This document shows, one piece after another, positions 20,587 to 30,751 of a DNA stretch of 64,000 nucleotides. The notes under the pieces are model-generated. The model made no database searches, was not told where the DNA came from, and was given only the letters and a program-made list of their open reading frames with translations. The stretch comes from Candidatus Bathyarchaeota archaeon (GTDB taxonomy: Archaea; Thermoproteota; Bathyarchaeia; Bathyarchaeales; Bathycorpusculaceae), in the NCBI GenBank assembly GCA_963733095.1, contig CAVTBV010000006.1, positions 74,971 to 138,970 of the forward strand, in the 5' to 3' direction. How positions within the stretch are numbered: the stretch's first letter is position 1; each line of letters starts with the position of its first letter. The translations under genes were made by a program, and so were the position numbers.

Positions 20587-20913
20587 CTACATTGAATGTT
20601 TTTGCAGGCTATCAGTTATTCTGTTTTTCGGGCATAAACCTACGAGTCTTTCTGCTTCTTTGCCGTCCTTGAAAATTATCATAGTTGGGATGCTGAAGAC
20701 TTGGAATTTTTCTGCTGTAGCAGGGTTCTCGTCAACGTCGAGTTTGCCGATTAAAACTTTGCCGCTGTATTCTTTGGCTAATTCCACGATTGTTGGAGCT
20801 AAGGCTCTACAGGGACCACACCAGTTCGCCCAGAAATCCACAAAAACCAACTTGTTATTCTTGATTGTTTCTTCAAAATTTGTGTCGGTTACATGAAAAG
20901 GTTCAGTGCTCAT
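20587..20913 (-). CDS. trxA: Thioredoxin
   Basis: VDFWANWCGPC active site and SIPT cis-Pro motif. Confidence 0.95.
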   Translation of the reverse strand: MSTEPFHVTDTNFEETIKNNKLVFVDFWANWCGPCRALAPTIVELAKEYSGKVLIGKLDVDENPATAEKFQVFSIPTMIIFKDGKEAERLVGLCPKNRITDSLQKHSM

Positions 20914-21047
20914 TTGTTACATTCTCCATTTATTGACTATACTATTTTTAGGCTTGTTTGATATAAACCGTTCGCGACGACCGAAAAGTCATTGACAAAG
21001 CTCAATTGTCAAAACAAAGTCTCGAACTCACCAAAGAATTCTTTGGT

Positions 21048-21359
21048 TTATCGATTAGTTTTTCTTTCGTGGTCTTTTTTTTGTTTAGTCCATTCCTGAT
21101 GTTTATGGAGTAGGTTGCGGAGTTGCTGGTTTATGAAGTCGTCTGCGCTGAGAAATTCTCTGCCTAAATCGGTTAATGCTTCTTGGATTTTATCGTACTC
21201 GTCTTTGGGGACTTCGACGCATGTGTATTGTTCTTTTATTGAGCCGAGTTATTTTCGAAGGGCGTCGCGGATGAATTCTTCCCGGCTGGTGTAGCCAAGT
21301 TGTCGGTTGGTTTCGATTAGGTTTTGGGTTATCTTTAAGAGTTCAGGTGGGAGTGACAA
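21048..21359 (-). pseudogene. Tandem ribbon-helix-helix protein with in-frame stop
   Basis: LSLPPELLKITQNLIETNRQLGYTSREEFIRDALRK*LGSIKEQYTCVEVPKDEYDKIQEAL...FLSADDFINQQLRNLL: two RHH units interrupted by one TAA. Confidence 0.65.
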
Positions 21360-21554
21360 TAGACTAAAAACACTTCCGAGAAATAGAAACCAAATACGGG
21401 AGAGAAAAAAGAAGCACCTTCAAAGATCGTCTAATCATTATAGGCTTAAAAGAATACATAAAAACAAATAATAAGAAACAGTGAGAGCTACCGAATCGAT
21501 GGCAACTATGTTACCAGTGACCACAGTAGCCCTAATCCATCCGTCTGCCGGACC

Positions 21555-21934
21555 CTAATCTATATGCCATCTTTTCGCAACTTTCACAATCAAGAAAATA
21601 ATGAAAGCAACGATCAAGAACGTAATCAACGCAACTAAGAAGTCACCGATACCGAAGGACTGACTCAATACCCTCGCTGAATATGTGGCTAAATTAGATA
21701 AGTTAGGTATTGCTAAACCTAAGAGCGGAATGATGAAATCTTTCACAAGTGCTTGAACCAAGATTCCAGCGTACAAAGCCAAGAGAATGCAGCAGCTAAG
21801 CCAAGAATTTTGTATTTTGACAAAAAGTCTTTGAATTCATTCCATAAACCTTTGGGCGGTTGTATAGGTGGTGCTTTTTCCAAAGATTCGCGGATTTTCC
21901 TTAACTCTACTAACATTTCGTCTTCTTTACTCAA
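21555..21934 (-). pseudogene. mscL: Large-conductance mechanosensitive channel, frameshifted
   Basis: LWNEFKDFLSKYKILGLAAAF and LALYAGILVQALVKDFIIPLL...GDFLVALITFLIVAFIIF lie in different frames. One base appears missing near 21783-21785. Confidence 0.8.
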
Positions 21935-22103
21935 TCAAAACCCCTGACAGTAAGTTTCACCACTAAGCTTAAGAATAAATCGCTCCAACATTTTGACATG
22001 TGATTGATTGCTTACTCCCACAAAACCATATACTCAACTAAAAGGTTGAGACCTTGAACCTCAAGCACCTTAATTCTTAAACAAAAATTTTGGTCTTCCA
22101 ATT

Positions 22104-23105
22104 ATGAATCGCAAGGAACTTTACTGGATTTTCAAGACATCCTATCACGGTTGGTTAGAAGATAATGCCACCCTCCGGGCAGCAGCACTTACATTTTTCA
22201 TAATCTTACCCTTACCAACGCTGTTGCTTATTGTGATAGCAATTTTTGCGGCGTTTTTCGGTCAAAGCCAAGCCATCCAAATACTTGTGACTCAAATTTC
22301 TGCGGTTGGGGGACCTGCAGTGGCAGAATTATTTAGGCAGCTCCTTTCTAATGCCTCTTCACCTTTCACTTCGGCCTGGACCGCTGTTGTCGTGGTTGGT
22401 TTTTCTATTGGCGGTGCGATTGGAGCTTTTTCAGTTTTGCGGGACGCGATGGATTCTATTTGGGAAGTTAGGGTACCCAAAGGGAGGTCTTTATGGAAAA
22501 GAGTTAGGCAGACAATCGGACCGTTTGTTCTTGTTTCTGCGCTCGGCTTAATAGTCATAGTTTGGACCGCGATTGCCGGCAGTTTGTTTAGCCTGATTAA
22601 GTGGTATTCAATAAATGGAACTCTAACCATAATTGTCATAGCAATAGCTCAAGTTGTCTTATCGTTCGCAGTAGCAACATTGCTCTTAGCAATAATCTAC
22701 AAAATGATTCCCGAGGCAAAAGTTCACTGGCGCGATGTTGTCGTGGCATCGGTCACAACAGGTATCGTATTTACCTTGACGAACTACATTTTTGGGACAT
22801 ACATTCAGACCTTCACAGTTACCACACTCATCGGAACCGCAGGTGCATTGGTTATTATTCTACTTTGGATTTTTGTTCTAAATCAAATAGTGCTCTTCGG
22901 AGCTGAACTCTCCAAAGTCTACGCCACAAATGCAGGGAAACATGCAAGGCAATATTTGCCTGCAACCTTCGAGAAAATTGTCGAACCCCTTGAGAAAGCA
23001 GGTAAGTTAATCGAACAAGCAACAAAGAATGAATTTGAAACCGAAGAAAAACCCATTGGTTCAATTGTGGAAAAAAAGAAGGAGCAAGAGAAACCCGAGC
23101 AATAA
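22104..23105 (+). CDS. YihY/BrkB-family membrane protein
   Basis: AAALTFF, LRDAMDSIW, IYKMIP, GALVIILLWIF...IVLFGAEL motifs and multiple TM segments. Confidence 0.9.
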   Translation: MNRKELYWIFKTSYHGWLEDNATLRAAALTFFIILPLPTLLLIVIAIFAAFFGQSQAIQILVTQISAVGGPAVAELFRQLLSNASSPFTSAWTAVVVVGFSIGGAIGAFSVLRDAMDSIWEVRVPKGRSLWKRVRQTIGPFVLVSALGLIVIVWTAIAGSLFSLIKWYSINGTLTIIVIAIAQVVLSFAVATLLLAIIYKMIPEAKVHWRDVVVASVTTGIVFTLTNYIFGTYIQTFTVTTLIGTAGALVIILLWIFVLNQIVLFGAELSKVYATNAGKHARQYLPATFEKIVEPLEKAGKLIEQATKNEFETEEKPIGSIVEKKKEQEKPEQ

Positions 23106-23166
23106 ATACTCAAGCCTGCAAGTCTGAGTATGTTTTTTGCGACACACAAATTGTTAATACCAAATT

Positions 23167-23484
23167 TTGTCTTATCGTGTTAGCGGGTTGTCTATGAGGC
23201 GCTCCAAACTTGAAATGGAAGTCGATATTCTAAAGGTTCTGGCGAAAAATGGGCCTTTGCAGCTAACACACATCATGCATCAAGCAAACGTTAGTGTCAA
23301 TTTGCTGAAAGAATACGTCGCTTTTTTAATGAAACAAGGTTTGATTGAAGAAGTGGCTATCGAGAAGAAAAACGTAGTTTACGCAAATACTAATCGTGGA
23401 ACCGCCGTCCTTAGGTTCTTTGTAGTATTGGATACGTCCCTTATAGTCAAAGAAGAAGGCAAATTCTTGCCTGTCCCTTACTAA
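23167..23484 (+). CDS. Winged-helix transcription regulator (COG3432-like)
   Basis: MRRSKLEMEVDILKVL...THIMHQANVS...LMKQGLI...TNRG. Confidence 0.8.
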   Translation: MSYRVSGLSMRRSKLEMEVDILKVLAKNGPLQLTHIMHQANVSVNLLKEYVAFLMKQGLIEEVAIEKKNVVYANTNRGTAVLRFFVVLDTSLIVKEEGKFLPVPY

Positions 23485-23492
23485 GTCTAGCT

Positions 23493-23885
23493 TTAATCAA
23501 TTCGAAATACTCCTGTTCCACCGAATATTCCGTTCTCATCGTCTAAACCAAAATAAATACATATCCTTTGTCCTTTATCGGTTATAAAATATAATGTTTT
23601 GTTTTCGAAGTTTTTTTCTCGGATAAGGTCTAACCTGATGAGGAAATTGAGGAATTCGTTTGGGGCGATTGCGTTGATTTGAGCTTTGCGCATTATTTGT
23701 TGTTGTGTTATAGCGTCGCCATTGTCTAGAACTTTGATGATGGCGAGGTACATCTCCATTCTGGAAAGCACTTGGTTTTTCGTCCCTTTCATGGATAAAA
23801 ATTGAGACTCGACGATTATTAAGGCTTTCGACTCAAGTCTGTTATCACGAGAAACGTCTAAAGTGTTCTCCCCTAAACAAAACAT
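23493..23885 (-). CDS. Winged-helix transcription regulator (COG3432-like paralogue)
   Basis: SRMEMYLAIIKVL...QIMRKAQIN...FLIRLDLI...YFITDKG. Confidence 0.7.
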   Translation of the reverse strand: MFCLGENTLDVSRDNRLESKALIIVESQFLSMKGTKNQVLSRMEMYLAIIKVLDNGDAITQQQIMRKAQINAIAPNEFLNFLIRLDLIREKNFENKTLYFITDKGQRICIYFGLDDENGIFGGTGVFRID

Positions 23886-23970
23886 ACCGTCAACTTTTGA
23901 TCAAAAAAGTAATTTTCCACCGTAAAAAGTTTAAAAGTTCCTCCAAGATATTTTCAAACCGTAATCTTTT

Positions 23971-24299
23971 ATGAAAAAAATCTTCTCACTCATCATCATA
24001 ATTTCATGCCTTTACTTAGGCTCCATTAACACAGTTTTTGGTGAAATGATATATCCTCCAACGACATGGATGTCTACTATGACCAAGTCACTGAAATGAT
24101 GGTACAGTGGCGCCAAGAAAGCCTTCAGACAAGCGGCCCTCTTCAGACCAATTGCACACAGGTGATGAAAATGATTTCATCTAATGTTTGGACAATTCCT
24201 GAATTCTCACCGTTTAATGTCGTCACAGCATTCATTATAGGCGGAGTAGTCTCAGCGGTAATTTTCGGAGTAGCTAAATTCAAGAGGGCTTCTGTATAA
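23971..24299 (+). pseudogene. Small PEF-CTERM-type surface protein, frameshifted
   Basis: Signal peptide MKKIFSLIIIISCLYLGSINTVFG in one frame; TIPEFSPFNVVTAFIIGGVVSAVIFGVAKFKR sorting signal in another. Confidence 0.5.
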
Positions 24300-24343
24300 A
24301 AATGAAGTCTAAGTTTAGGTTGAAACGTTAGATTAAGCCTAAC

Positions 24344-24688
24344 TTAGGGGTTATTTTTCCCAAAAGTCTGTGGATCAATCTGCTTGCGTTTGCCGTCTTT
24401 ATCTATTACGTACATGTGGAAGTCGTATTCGCTGCAGTAATTCTTGAATTCCATGTATCTTTGCATGTTGCCCTCAAACATTTCTGGGGTTGCTATTTCA
24501 CAAATCCTTGTCACGCAGCCTTTCTTTTCTGCTTGAACATCAGGACGGTAACCCTTCGCAACCTCAGATGGTTTCTCGTAGCCCGCCACGTCAGCTTTAA
24601 CTAACCAGTTATCTCGTTTCAAATCTTCAGCAACAGCTTTAACACACGCGTCATGGGTCTCTTCAGATTTACTTTTTTTCTCAGTCAT
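24344..24688 (-). CDS. Small protein with PD-(D/E)xK-like nuclease fold
   Basis: HDACVKAVAEDLKRDNWLV...YRPDVQAEKKG..RICEI pattern. Confidence 0.5.
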   Translation of the reverse strand: MTEKKSKSEETHDACVKAVAEDLKRDNWLVKADVAGYEKPSEVAKGYRPDVQAEKKGCVTRICEIATPEMFEGNMQRYMEFKNYCSEYDFHMYVIDKDGKRKQIDPQTFGKNNP

Positions 24689-24912
24689 ACATTGAACCTC
24701 ATATTCATTTTTGGTTTGTTCTACTGTTTTTTCTGATTCTTTTAACGCCTTGTTATTCCAGCATGCCCAAGACATGCGAATGTAAAACAGATAGCTCAGA
24801 CATTTTCTTATTTGAGGTATCTTTTACTCATAAAAGGCGCCTAATTATAAACTATTTTTCGGGCAAATAAAACTTTTTGGAGCTCTCAGCGTCCAATCAA
24901 ACTTTGCTAAAA

Positions 24913-25152
24913 TTATGCTAAGGGTTGTTTGCTGGCTAAGTTGAAAATTTGGCCAATTAGGAACTGCTCAGCGCTCAAATGCTTAGTCGCATGATTCTTT
25001 AATGCCACTGACATGGCTGCAACATCTGGGACTAACAAAATTTTTGCGCCGCAAGAACATTTCACAAGGGGCATTTTTGTTTTGAACTTTTCATTATTTT
25101 CCCAAGTGAATGATTTTTCGGATTTTAATTTAGTTCCTTGAATTTTCTTCAT
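24913..25152 (-). CDS. Small C2H2-type zinc-finger-like protein
   Basis: CSCG...HATKH motif. Confidence 0.55.
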   Translation of the reverse strand: MKKIQGTKLKSEKSFTWENNEKFKTKMPLVKCSCGAKILLVPDVAAMSVALKNHATKHLSAEQFLIGQIFNLASKQPLA

Positions 25153-25382
25153 GAGTCAAGCTTCCGATTAAAATAAGGCGAACAGTTATCTCTAAATGCT
25201 TTAGCGCTGGCTCAACATAAGTATTTGTTGTAGGTACAATGCAGTCACAATACAAAAGATTTGTAAACATAGTGTTTACCAACAAGTTTTCTGTAATTTT
25301 ATGTTTTTTCTTAAAGGTAGTGAATTTGTTTGGAAAATTTCATATGAGAGTTAATCTGATAAACTATCGAATGTGCCCTGAC

Positions 25383-25838
25383 ATGACACAAATTGAACTG
25401 GATACTATCGATAGACGTTTACTGGAGTTTTTGCAGCTTGATGCAAGAGTCTCGTTTGCTGACCTTAGCCGCAAATTAGACGTTGCCGAGGCCACTGTCC
25501 GCTTTAGAGTTAAGCGGCTTGTGGACAAAGGTGTAATTTCCCGGTTTGCTGCTTTGCTTGACCCTGCTAAAGTTGGTTTTGGTGTGAGTGGAGCGATTTT
25601 GCTTAAAATTGACCCTGCCTATCTGGAGGCGGCATGCAAGGCGCTGGTGGCTTTTGATGAGACACTGTACTTGTTCCAGAGCACGGGTGAGTATGATGTG
25701 GTTTCGGTTATCTTGGCTCGCGACATGGTTCATCTAAACGACTTGGTTAAACGCACTAAGATGATTCCCGGTGTGAAAGATGCACGAGTGTCGGTGACGA
25801 CAAGGTTTTTGAAGTTTGATCCTACTATAAAGTTTTAA
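25383..25838 (+). CDS. Lrp/AsnC-family transcription regulator
   Basis: LDTIDRRLLEFLQLDARVSFADLSRKL...TVRFRVKRL and TGEYD. ATG 25383 is the likelier start. Confidence 0.9.
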   Translation: MTQIELDTIDRRLLEFLQLDARVSFADLSRKLDVAEATVRFRVKRLVDKGVISRFAALLDPAKVGFGVSGAILLKIDPAYLEAACKALVAFDETLYLFQSTGEYDVVSVILARDMVHLNDLVKRTKMIPGVKDARVSVTTRFLKFDPTIKF

Positions 25839-25986
25839 TTCCGTTCGTGTTGCGGAATACGCAACACCTGTGCATGTCAGCTGAGTTTTTCCGCAACATT
25901 AATACGTCGTTCTAACATGACAGTAACCTCAATCGGTTACCCTTTCCAATGGGTACCTGCCAGAAGTAAACTTTGCTTTAGGATGG

Positions 25987-26475
25987 TTGAAATTGGTGAG
26001 TGAAAACTCTAAAAACTTCGATGAAATTGACCGTAAAATAGTGCAAATCCTCCAAGACGACTTCCCAATAGTTGAGCGTCCATGGAAAGATGTAGGTGAC
26101 AAACTCAACCTCTCAGAAGACGACGTAATAAACCGCTTAAAACGCCTCAACGAACAAGGCATTGCCCGAAAAATAGGTTCCATAGTGGACGCCTCAAAGC
26201 TTGGGTTAACAGCTGCAACTTTAGTTGCGATGAAAGTGCCAAAAAACAAAGTTTCTGAAGTAGCCAGCATCATCAACTCATATGGCACCATCTCGCACAA
26301 TTATGAACGTGAACACGAATACAACGTGTGGTTCACCATAACCGCTTCCAACAACGATGAGTTAACTATAATACTTGAAGACATCAGGCAAAAAACAGGA
26401 ATCAGCCCCGGCGACATCCTCAACCTACCCACCAAAAACCGCTTCAAAATAAACGTCCGTTTCCAACTGACTTAA
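25987..26475 (+). CDS. ahbA: Siroheme decarboxylase subunit alpha
   Basis: LQDDFPIVERPW and SHNYEREHEYNVWFT motifs; ahb operon context. Confidence 0.88.
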   Translation: MKLVSENSKNFDEIDRKIVQILQDDFPIVERPWKDVGDKLNLSEDDVINRLKRLNEQGIARKIGSIVDASKLGLTAATLVAMKVPKNKVSEVASIINSYGTISHNYEREHEYNVWFTITASNNDELTIILEDIRQKTGISPGDILNLPTKNRFKINVRFQLT

Positions 26476-26476
26476 G

Positions 26477-27019
26477 GTGACTGTGATGGACGAAATTGAC
26501 CGCAAAATCCTGTCAGAAACCAACAAAGGTCTCCTTTTAACCCCTGAACCCTTCAACCAAATCGCAGCCCAAATAGGTATAACAACCCAAGAAGTTATTG
26601 CTCGAATAGTCAAACTGCAGGAAAACGGAGTTATTAGGCGGTTTGGCGCTTCAATCAAACCTAATGACATTGGTTTTTCAGCAAACGCCTTAGTCGCGTG
26701 GAAGGTGCCTGAAAACCGCGTTCAAGACGTCGGCTCCCGTTTATCTAAATTCGGTGAAGTTACACATTGCTACGAACGCACACCTGTTGTTGGCAAATGG
26801 GAATATAACCTCTACACCGTTATCCATGCACGAGAACGCGGAGCAGTCGAGAAGTTAGTTAAGAACCTTTCAGAGGCAATTGCCGTGAGTGATTACTTGA
26901 TTTTGTACAGCACAAGAGACCTTAAAAAAACATTAGCCCACTCACCCTCAACCATCCTGTTTCCAGAAGAAACTGCTGTTGTAGCATCAGAAAATCTTAA
27001 GGAGACAAGAAAAATTTGA
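26477..27019 (+). CDS. ahbB: Siroheme decarboxylase subunit beta
   Basis: GVIRRFGA, NALVAW, VTHCYER..WEYNLYTVIH and LYSTRDLKKT motifs. Confidence 0.88.
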   Translation: MTVMDEIDRKILSETNKGLLLTPEPFNQIAAQIGITTQEVIARIVKLQENGVIRRFGASIKPNDIGFSANALVAWKVPENRVQDVGSRLSKFGEVTHCYERTPVVGKWEYNLYTVIHARERGAVEKLVKNLSEAIAVSDYLILYSTRDLKKTLAHSPSTILFPEETAVVASENLKETRKI

Positions 27020-28164
27020 TTAACATTACTAAACTTTGGTGCGGCACTCCCGGCTCTATGGACCAGCTGCGTTATGGCAGCGCAGTGCATCAGAAACCCG
27101 TCGTCGTTTGGAATACCTCACGAAGATGCAACCTGAACTGCGTACATTGTTACTCTAAATCCGAAAACAAACTCTATCCAAACGAATTAACCACAGCCGA
27201 AGCAAAAGCCTTTGTAGAGGACATTGCAGAATTCGGCGTTCCAGTGCTCCTTTTCTCAGGCGGTGAACCCTTGATGAGAAGTGACCTCTTCGAAATTGCC
27301 AAACTTGCAAGCAACAAACGTATACGCGCGGTCCTATCCACAAACGGGACCCTCATCACTGAAACCGCAGCTAAACAACTAAAAACCGCAGGTTTCTCCT
27401 ACGTCGGCGTCAGCTTAGATGGCATCGGAGAAACTAACAATAAATTCCGAGGCAAAGAAAACGCCTTCGAAGCCGCAGTTGCAGGAATCCGAAACTGCCT
27501 AAACGCAGGAGTTAAACCCGGGTTACGCTTCACCGTCACCAAACACAACGTCAAAGACCTGCCTGAGATTTTCGATTTTATAGAAGCTGAAAAAATCCCT
27601 CGTGCCTGCTTCTACCACTTAGCCTACGTCGGAAGAGGAAGCGCCATAGCAAAGGACGACCTCACACATGAGCAAACACGAGATTTTATGGATTATATTT
27701 TGGCACAAACCGAGGCGTTCCATAAAAAGGGAGTGGGCACGGAAATCTTGACGGTTGATAACCATGCTGATGGGGCCTATCTTTACTTGAAACTTAAACA
27801 GAAAGACCCTTATAGAGCTGAGGAGGTTTTGCGGCTTTTGAGGTTGAACAAGGGCAATAGCTCTGGCAGGGGTATTGGCTGTGTAGATTCTAACGGGTTT
27901 GTGCATCCTGACCAGTTCTGGCGGCATTACTCCCTTGGCAACATACGAGAACGGCGATTCAGCGAAATCTGGACCGACAACAATGAGCCCCTTCTCCAAG
28001 CGTTGCGCAACCGAAAAGACCATCTCGGCGGAAAATGTAGCCAATGCCGATTCCTCGAAGTATGCAATGGGAACCTCCGTGTTCGTGCCGAAGCCATTTA
28101 CAGCGACATTTGGGCGTCTGACCCCGCATGCTATCTAACCCAGCAGGAAACCGCGCCCCTATAG
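27016..28164 (+). CDS. ahbC: Radical SAM/SPASM Fe-coproporphyrin synthase
   Basis: CNLNCVHCY, FSGGEP, LTVDNHADG, NSSGRGIG and HPDQFW motifs; SPASM cysteines. Confidence 0.9.
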   Translation: MINITKLWCGTPGSMDQLRYGSAVHQKPVVVWNTSRRCNLNCVHCYSKSENKLYPNELTTAEAKAFVEDIAEFGVPVLLFSGGEPLMRSDLFEIAKLASNKRIRAVLSTNGTLITETAAKQLKTAGFSYVGVSLDGIGETNNKFRGKENAFEAAVAGIRNCLNAGVKPGLRFTVTKHNVKDLPEIFDFIEAEKIPRACFYHLAYVGRGSAIAKDDLTHEQTRDFMDYILAQTEAFHKKGVGTEILTVDNHADGAYLYLKLKQKDPYRAEEVLRLLRLNKGNSSGRGIGCVDSNGFVHPDQFWRHYSLGNIRERRFSEIWTDNNEPLLQALRNRKDHLGGKCSQCRFLEVCNGNLRVRAEAIYSDIWASDPACYLTQQETAPL

Positions 28165-28175
28165 GACAGACAAAA

Positions 28176-29252
28176 ATGACTAAACCAGAAAAGCATAACT
28201 CCGCTCAAACTCTTGCTTTGGCGCCCAACGTTATAGCCTGGGAATCTACCCGAGCCTGCAACTTTGCCTGCGTCCACTGTCGCGCCCAAGCCCAAAGGCT
28301 ACCTGACCCAAACCAACTCACCACCCAAGAAGCTCTCAACTTAATGGACCAAATCGCTGAGTTCTGCAGACCAGTCTTAATCATCAGCGGCGGCGACCCC
28401 CTGCAGAGAAACGACATTTTCGAAATCGCCTCGTACGCTTCAAGCCGCGGTATCCGAGTTGTTATGTCTCCCAGCGGCAGCGACATCACGCTTGATATCA
28501 TTCAAAAAATGAAGACTTCCGGAGTGAAAATGATTTCAATTAGCTTAGATGGCTCCTCGCCTGAGATTCACGATAAATTCCGTCGGGTCCAGGGCGCTTT
28601 TGAGTTGGCTATGAAGAATATGTCTTTAGCACGTCAGGGTCATTTGGCTTTCCGAGTTAACACAACTGTTACCCAGCATAACATCAGTGACCTTTCGGGT
28701 ATCCTCAAGTTGGCGGCTGAAGTTGGTGCTAAAGAATGGGATGTGTTCATGCTGGTGCCCACGGGAAGAGGCAAAGTGGATATGGAAATCTCGCCCAGCC
28801 AGTACGAGCGGACGCTGCAGTACATCTACAATGCCAGCCGCACCTCACCGATTCCCATTAAAATGACCTGCGCACCCCATTATATGCGCGTAATTGCCCA
28901 GCAGAATAAACATGAACCTTCTCAACCCTTAGCTGCGGGGCGAGGGCACAGTGGCGGAAGAGGCTGCATGTCAGGCAACGGTTTCTGTTTCATTTCGCAT
29001 GTTGGAGACGTTTTCGGCTGTGGTTTCCTTCCTATCCCTGCGGGTAACATTCGGCAGCAAACCTTCAAACAAATCTACCAACAATCCCCACTTTTTCTAG
29101 AGTTGCGCAATCATAACTTATTGAAGGGCAAATGTGGGGCATGCGAATACAAAACAACCTGCGGCGGGTGCCGTGCAAGAGCTTTATCCGTTCATAAAAG
29201 CTACTTGGAAGAGGAGCCCTACTGCATCTTTACACCTAAAAAGCAAGCCTAA
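28176..29252 (+). CDS. ahbD: Radical SAM/SPASM AdoMet-dependent heme synthase
   Basis: WESTRACNFACVHCRA, LVPTGRG, TCAPHYMR, GCMSG and CGGCRARA motifs. Confidence 0.9.
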   Translation: MTKPEKHNSAQTLALAPNVIAWESTRACNFACVHCRAQAQRLPDPNQLTTQEALNLMDQIAEFCRPVLIISGGDPLQRNDIFEIASYASSRGIRVVMSPSGSDITLDIIQKMKTSGVKMISISLDGSSPEIHDKFRRVQGAFELAMKNMSLARQGHLAFRVNTTVTQHNISDLSGILKLAAEVGAKEWDVFMLVPTGRGKVDMEISPSQYERTLQYIYNASRTSPIPIKMTCAPHYMRVIAQQNKHEPSQPLAAGRGHSGGRGCMSGNGFCFISHVGDVFGCGFLPIPAGNIRQQTFKQIYQQSPLFLELRNHNLLKGKCGACEYKTTCGGCRARALSVHKSYLEEEPYCIFTPKKQA

Positions 29253-29364
29253 CCTTCCCCTTTGGTTTCAACATAGAACAACTTTTGGATCCAAATAGTC
29301 TCCAAATATAAGTTAAAATCTCGACAAGCAAACTTGGTAAGGAAGCCGATTGGAGGTGAGATGA

Positions 29365-29442
29365 TGGTGGGCCGAGGCGGATTTGAACTGCCGACCTTTC
29401 GATTATCAGTCGAACGCTCCAGCCAAGCTGAGCTACCGGCCC
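29365..29442 (-). tRNA. tRNA-Ile(GAU), CCA encoded
   Basis: Reverse complement GGGCCGGTAGCTCAGCTTGGCTGGAGCGTTCGACTGATAATCGAAAGGTCGGCAGTTCAAATCCGCCTCGGCCCACCA folds as a cloverleaf with anticodon GAT. Confidence 0.95.
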
Positions 29443-29539
29443 CCATTTTTTGAGGTGACACAAATCTAATATTATGTGGGTTTATAAGAATTGCCGTAAA
29501 TCTTTTAATGCAACTCCATCATTGAGTTGTAGGGTTTAG

Positions 29540-29559
29540 GGGTTCGTAGCCTAGCACGG
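29540..29559 (+). repeat. attL: 20-bp direct repeat equal to the tRNA-Arg 5' end
   Basis: GGGTTCGTAGCCTAGCACGG, identical to 47966-47985 and not followed by the rest of the tRNA. Confidence 0.93.
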
Positions 29560-29703
29560 CATATATCGCTGCTGGTGATATCACCTTTAAATTCTCTACC
29601 TACAAAATGCATCTTCCCTTTTTCTTTTTTTGGCTTATTTTTTTTGGGTCTGCATATCTCATCACTGTTTACCCTCTTTCTTCCTACCAGTGGAGGCTCT
29701 TGA

Positions 29704-30030
29704 TTGACTCAGGACAACGATTTTGTTATTGTACCTTTTAAAAGCAGAAAGCGTCTTTTCCGCTCAGATAAGGGTAAGCGGCATAACTATCCCAAAGAAC
29801 GCAAGTTTTGGAATTTGATGTGTCATGGACATTCTGGCTCTAATTTAGGTTTTAACCCAACAGGCGCCAATAGTGCTGTCATGGACAATGATAAAACGTT
29901 CAAGCATTCGACTGAGCTGCGTGAGTATTGGCAGCTTGAGAAGCGCAAGCAAAGAAACCAAGCGAGGAGCGTCAAGGAAGCTAAAACCGAACAAATCAGG
30001 AAACTGGGAGGCGGTGAGCGACTTGTTTGA
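29704..30030 (+). CDS. Small basic hypothetical protein
   Basis: GGAGG Shine-Dalgarno site before TTG; RKRLFRSDKGKRH basic motif; overlaps the next gene. Confidence 0.6.
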   Translation: MTQDNDFVIVPFKSRKRLFRSDKGKRHNYPKERKFWNLMCHGHSGSNLGFNPTGANSAVMDNDKTFKHSTELREYWQLEKRKQRNQARSVKEAKTEQIRKLGGGERLV

Positions 30031-30751
30031 AGACTTCAAAGAGAAAGTGCGTAAGCACAGCCAAATCGAACAGAAGCCGTTGAGTGCTTCACTGTCTCCT
30101 CAGATCCTTGAGAAGCTTAAAAAAGAGGGCGTAGACCCAGATAATTTTACTCTGAAGCAGTTATGGCCTGAAGTTCTAGACAAGGATGGCACTGATTTAT
30201 CTCTCATGTCCGGCGCAGAAATGGAAGTGATGGTGGCTTATGGAACGCTTCGTAAGTATCTTATCGAGAAGTATCCGCAGTCTCAACAAGAAGCCAAGGC
30301 GCTTGGTCAGGTTTGGGATGAAGAGCCGGACGAGCCCTACCAAATCAACGCAGTTAAAGCCCGAGAAGATCCGAAAGGCAAGCTCTTCTGGCAATCGGTC
30401 CTAAAAATGGCAGCCATATTTGACAAAGTACGTGTGTTGCAGACTCAAGCCTTAGAATACGAGAAAATCTGTATCCGCATGTACTGGCATCTCTCCTATA
30501 ATTGGACTCATGCTCCAAACGTCGAGGTTTTTAGAGGCAGCTTTGAGAATCGTGACGGTGACATTTTCGAGATAGTGGAGACCTACTTCAAAATCTGCAG
30601 AAAATATCATGTTTCAACCTTTGAGAAGCCATACTACTTTTTGCCTGATGAGCGTAAGCGAGACATAAAGCTGGAGGGCGACATGCTCAAGCGCACGGGC
30701 AGCTACAATGAAAATGAAATCCGCATTTCAATTTTGGAAGGAATACCGTGA
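30014..30751 (+). CDS. Hypothetical protein of the element
   Basis: GGAGGCG precedes GTG 30014 (in frame with track ORF 29873). GTGA overlap with the next gene. Confidence 0.65.
   Translation: MSDLFEDFKEKVRKHSQIEQKPLSASLSPQILEKLKKEGVDPDNFTLKQLWPEVLDKDGTDLSLMSGAEMEVMVAYGTLRKYLIEKYPQSQQEAKALGQVWDEEPDEPYQINAVKAREDPKGKLFWQSVLKMAAIFDKVRVLQTQALEYEKICIRMYWHLSYNWTHAPNVEVFRGSFENRDGDIFEIVETYFKICRKYHVSTFEKPYYFLPDERKRDIKLEGDMLKRTGSYNENEIRISILEGIP

Noticed and set aside
25987-27019. Second and third Lrp regulators
   Set aside because: The H(N/C)YER motifs and the ahbC/D context identify them as AhbA and AhbB enzymes.
29236-29463. 70-75 aa ORFs on the minus strand
   Set aside because: They are translations of the tRNA-Ile gene.
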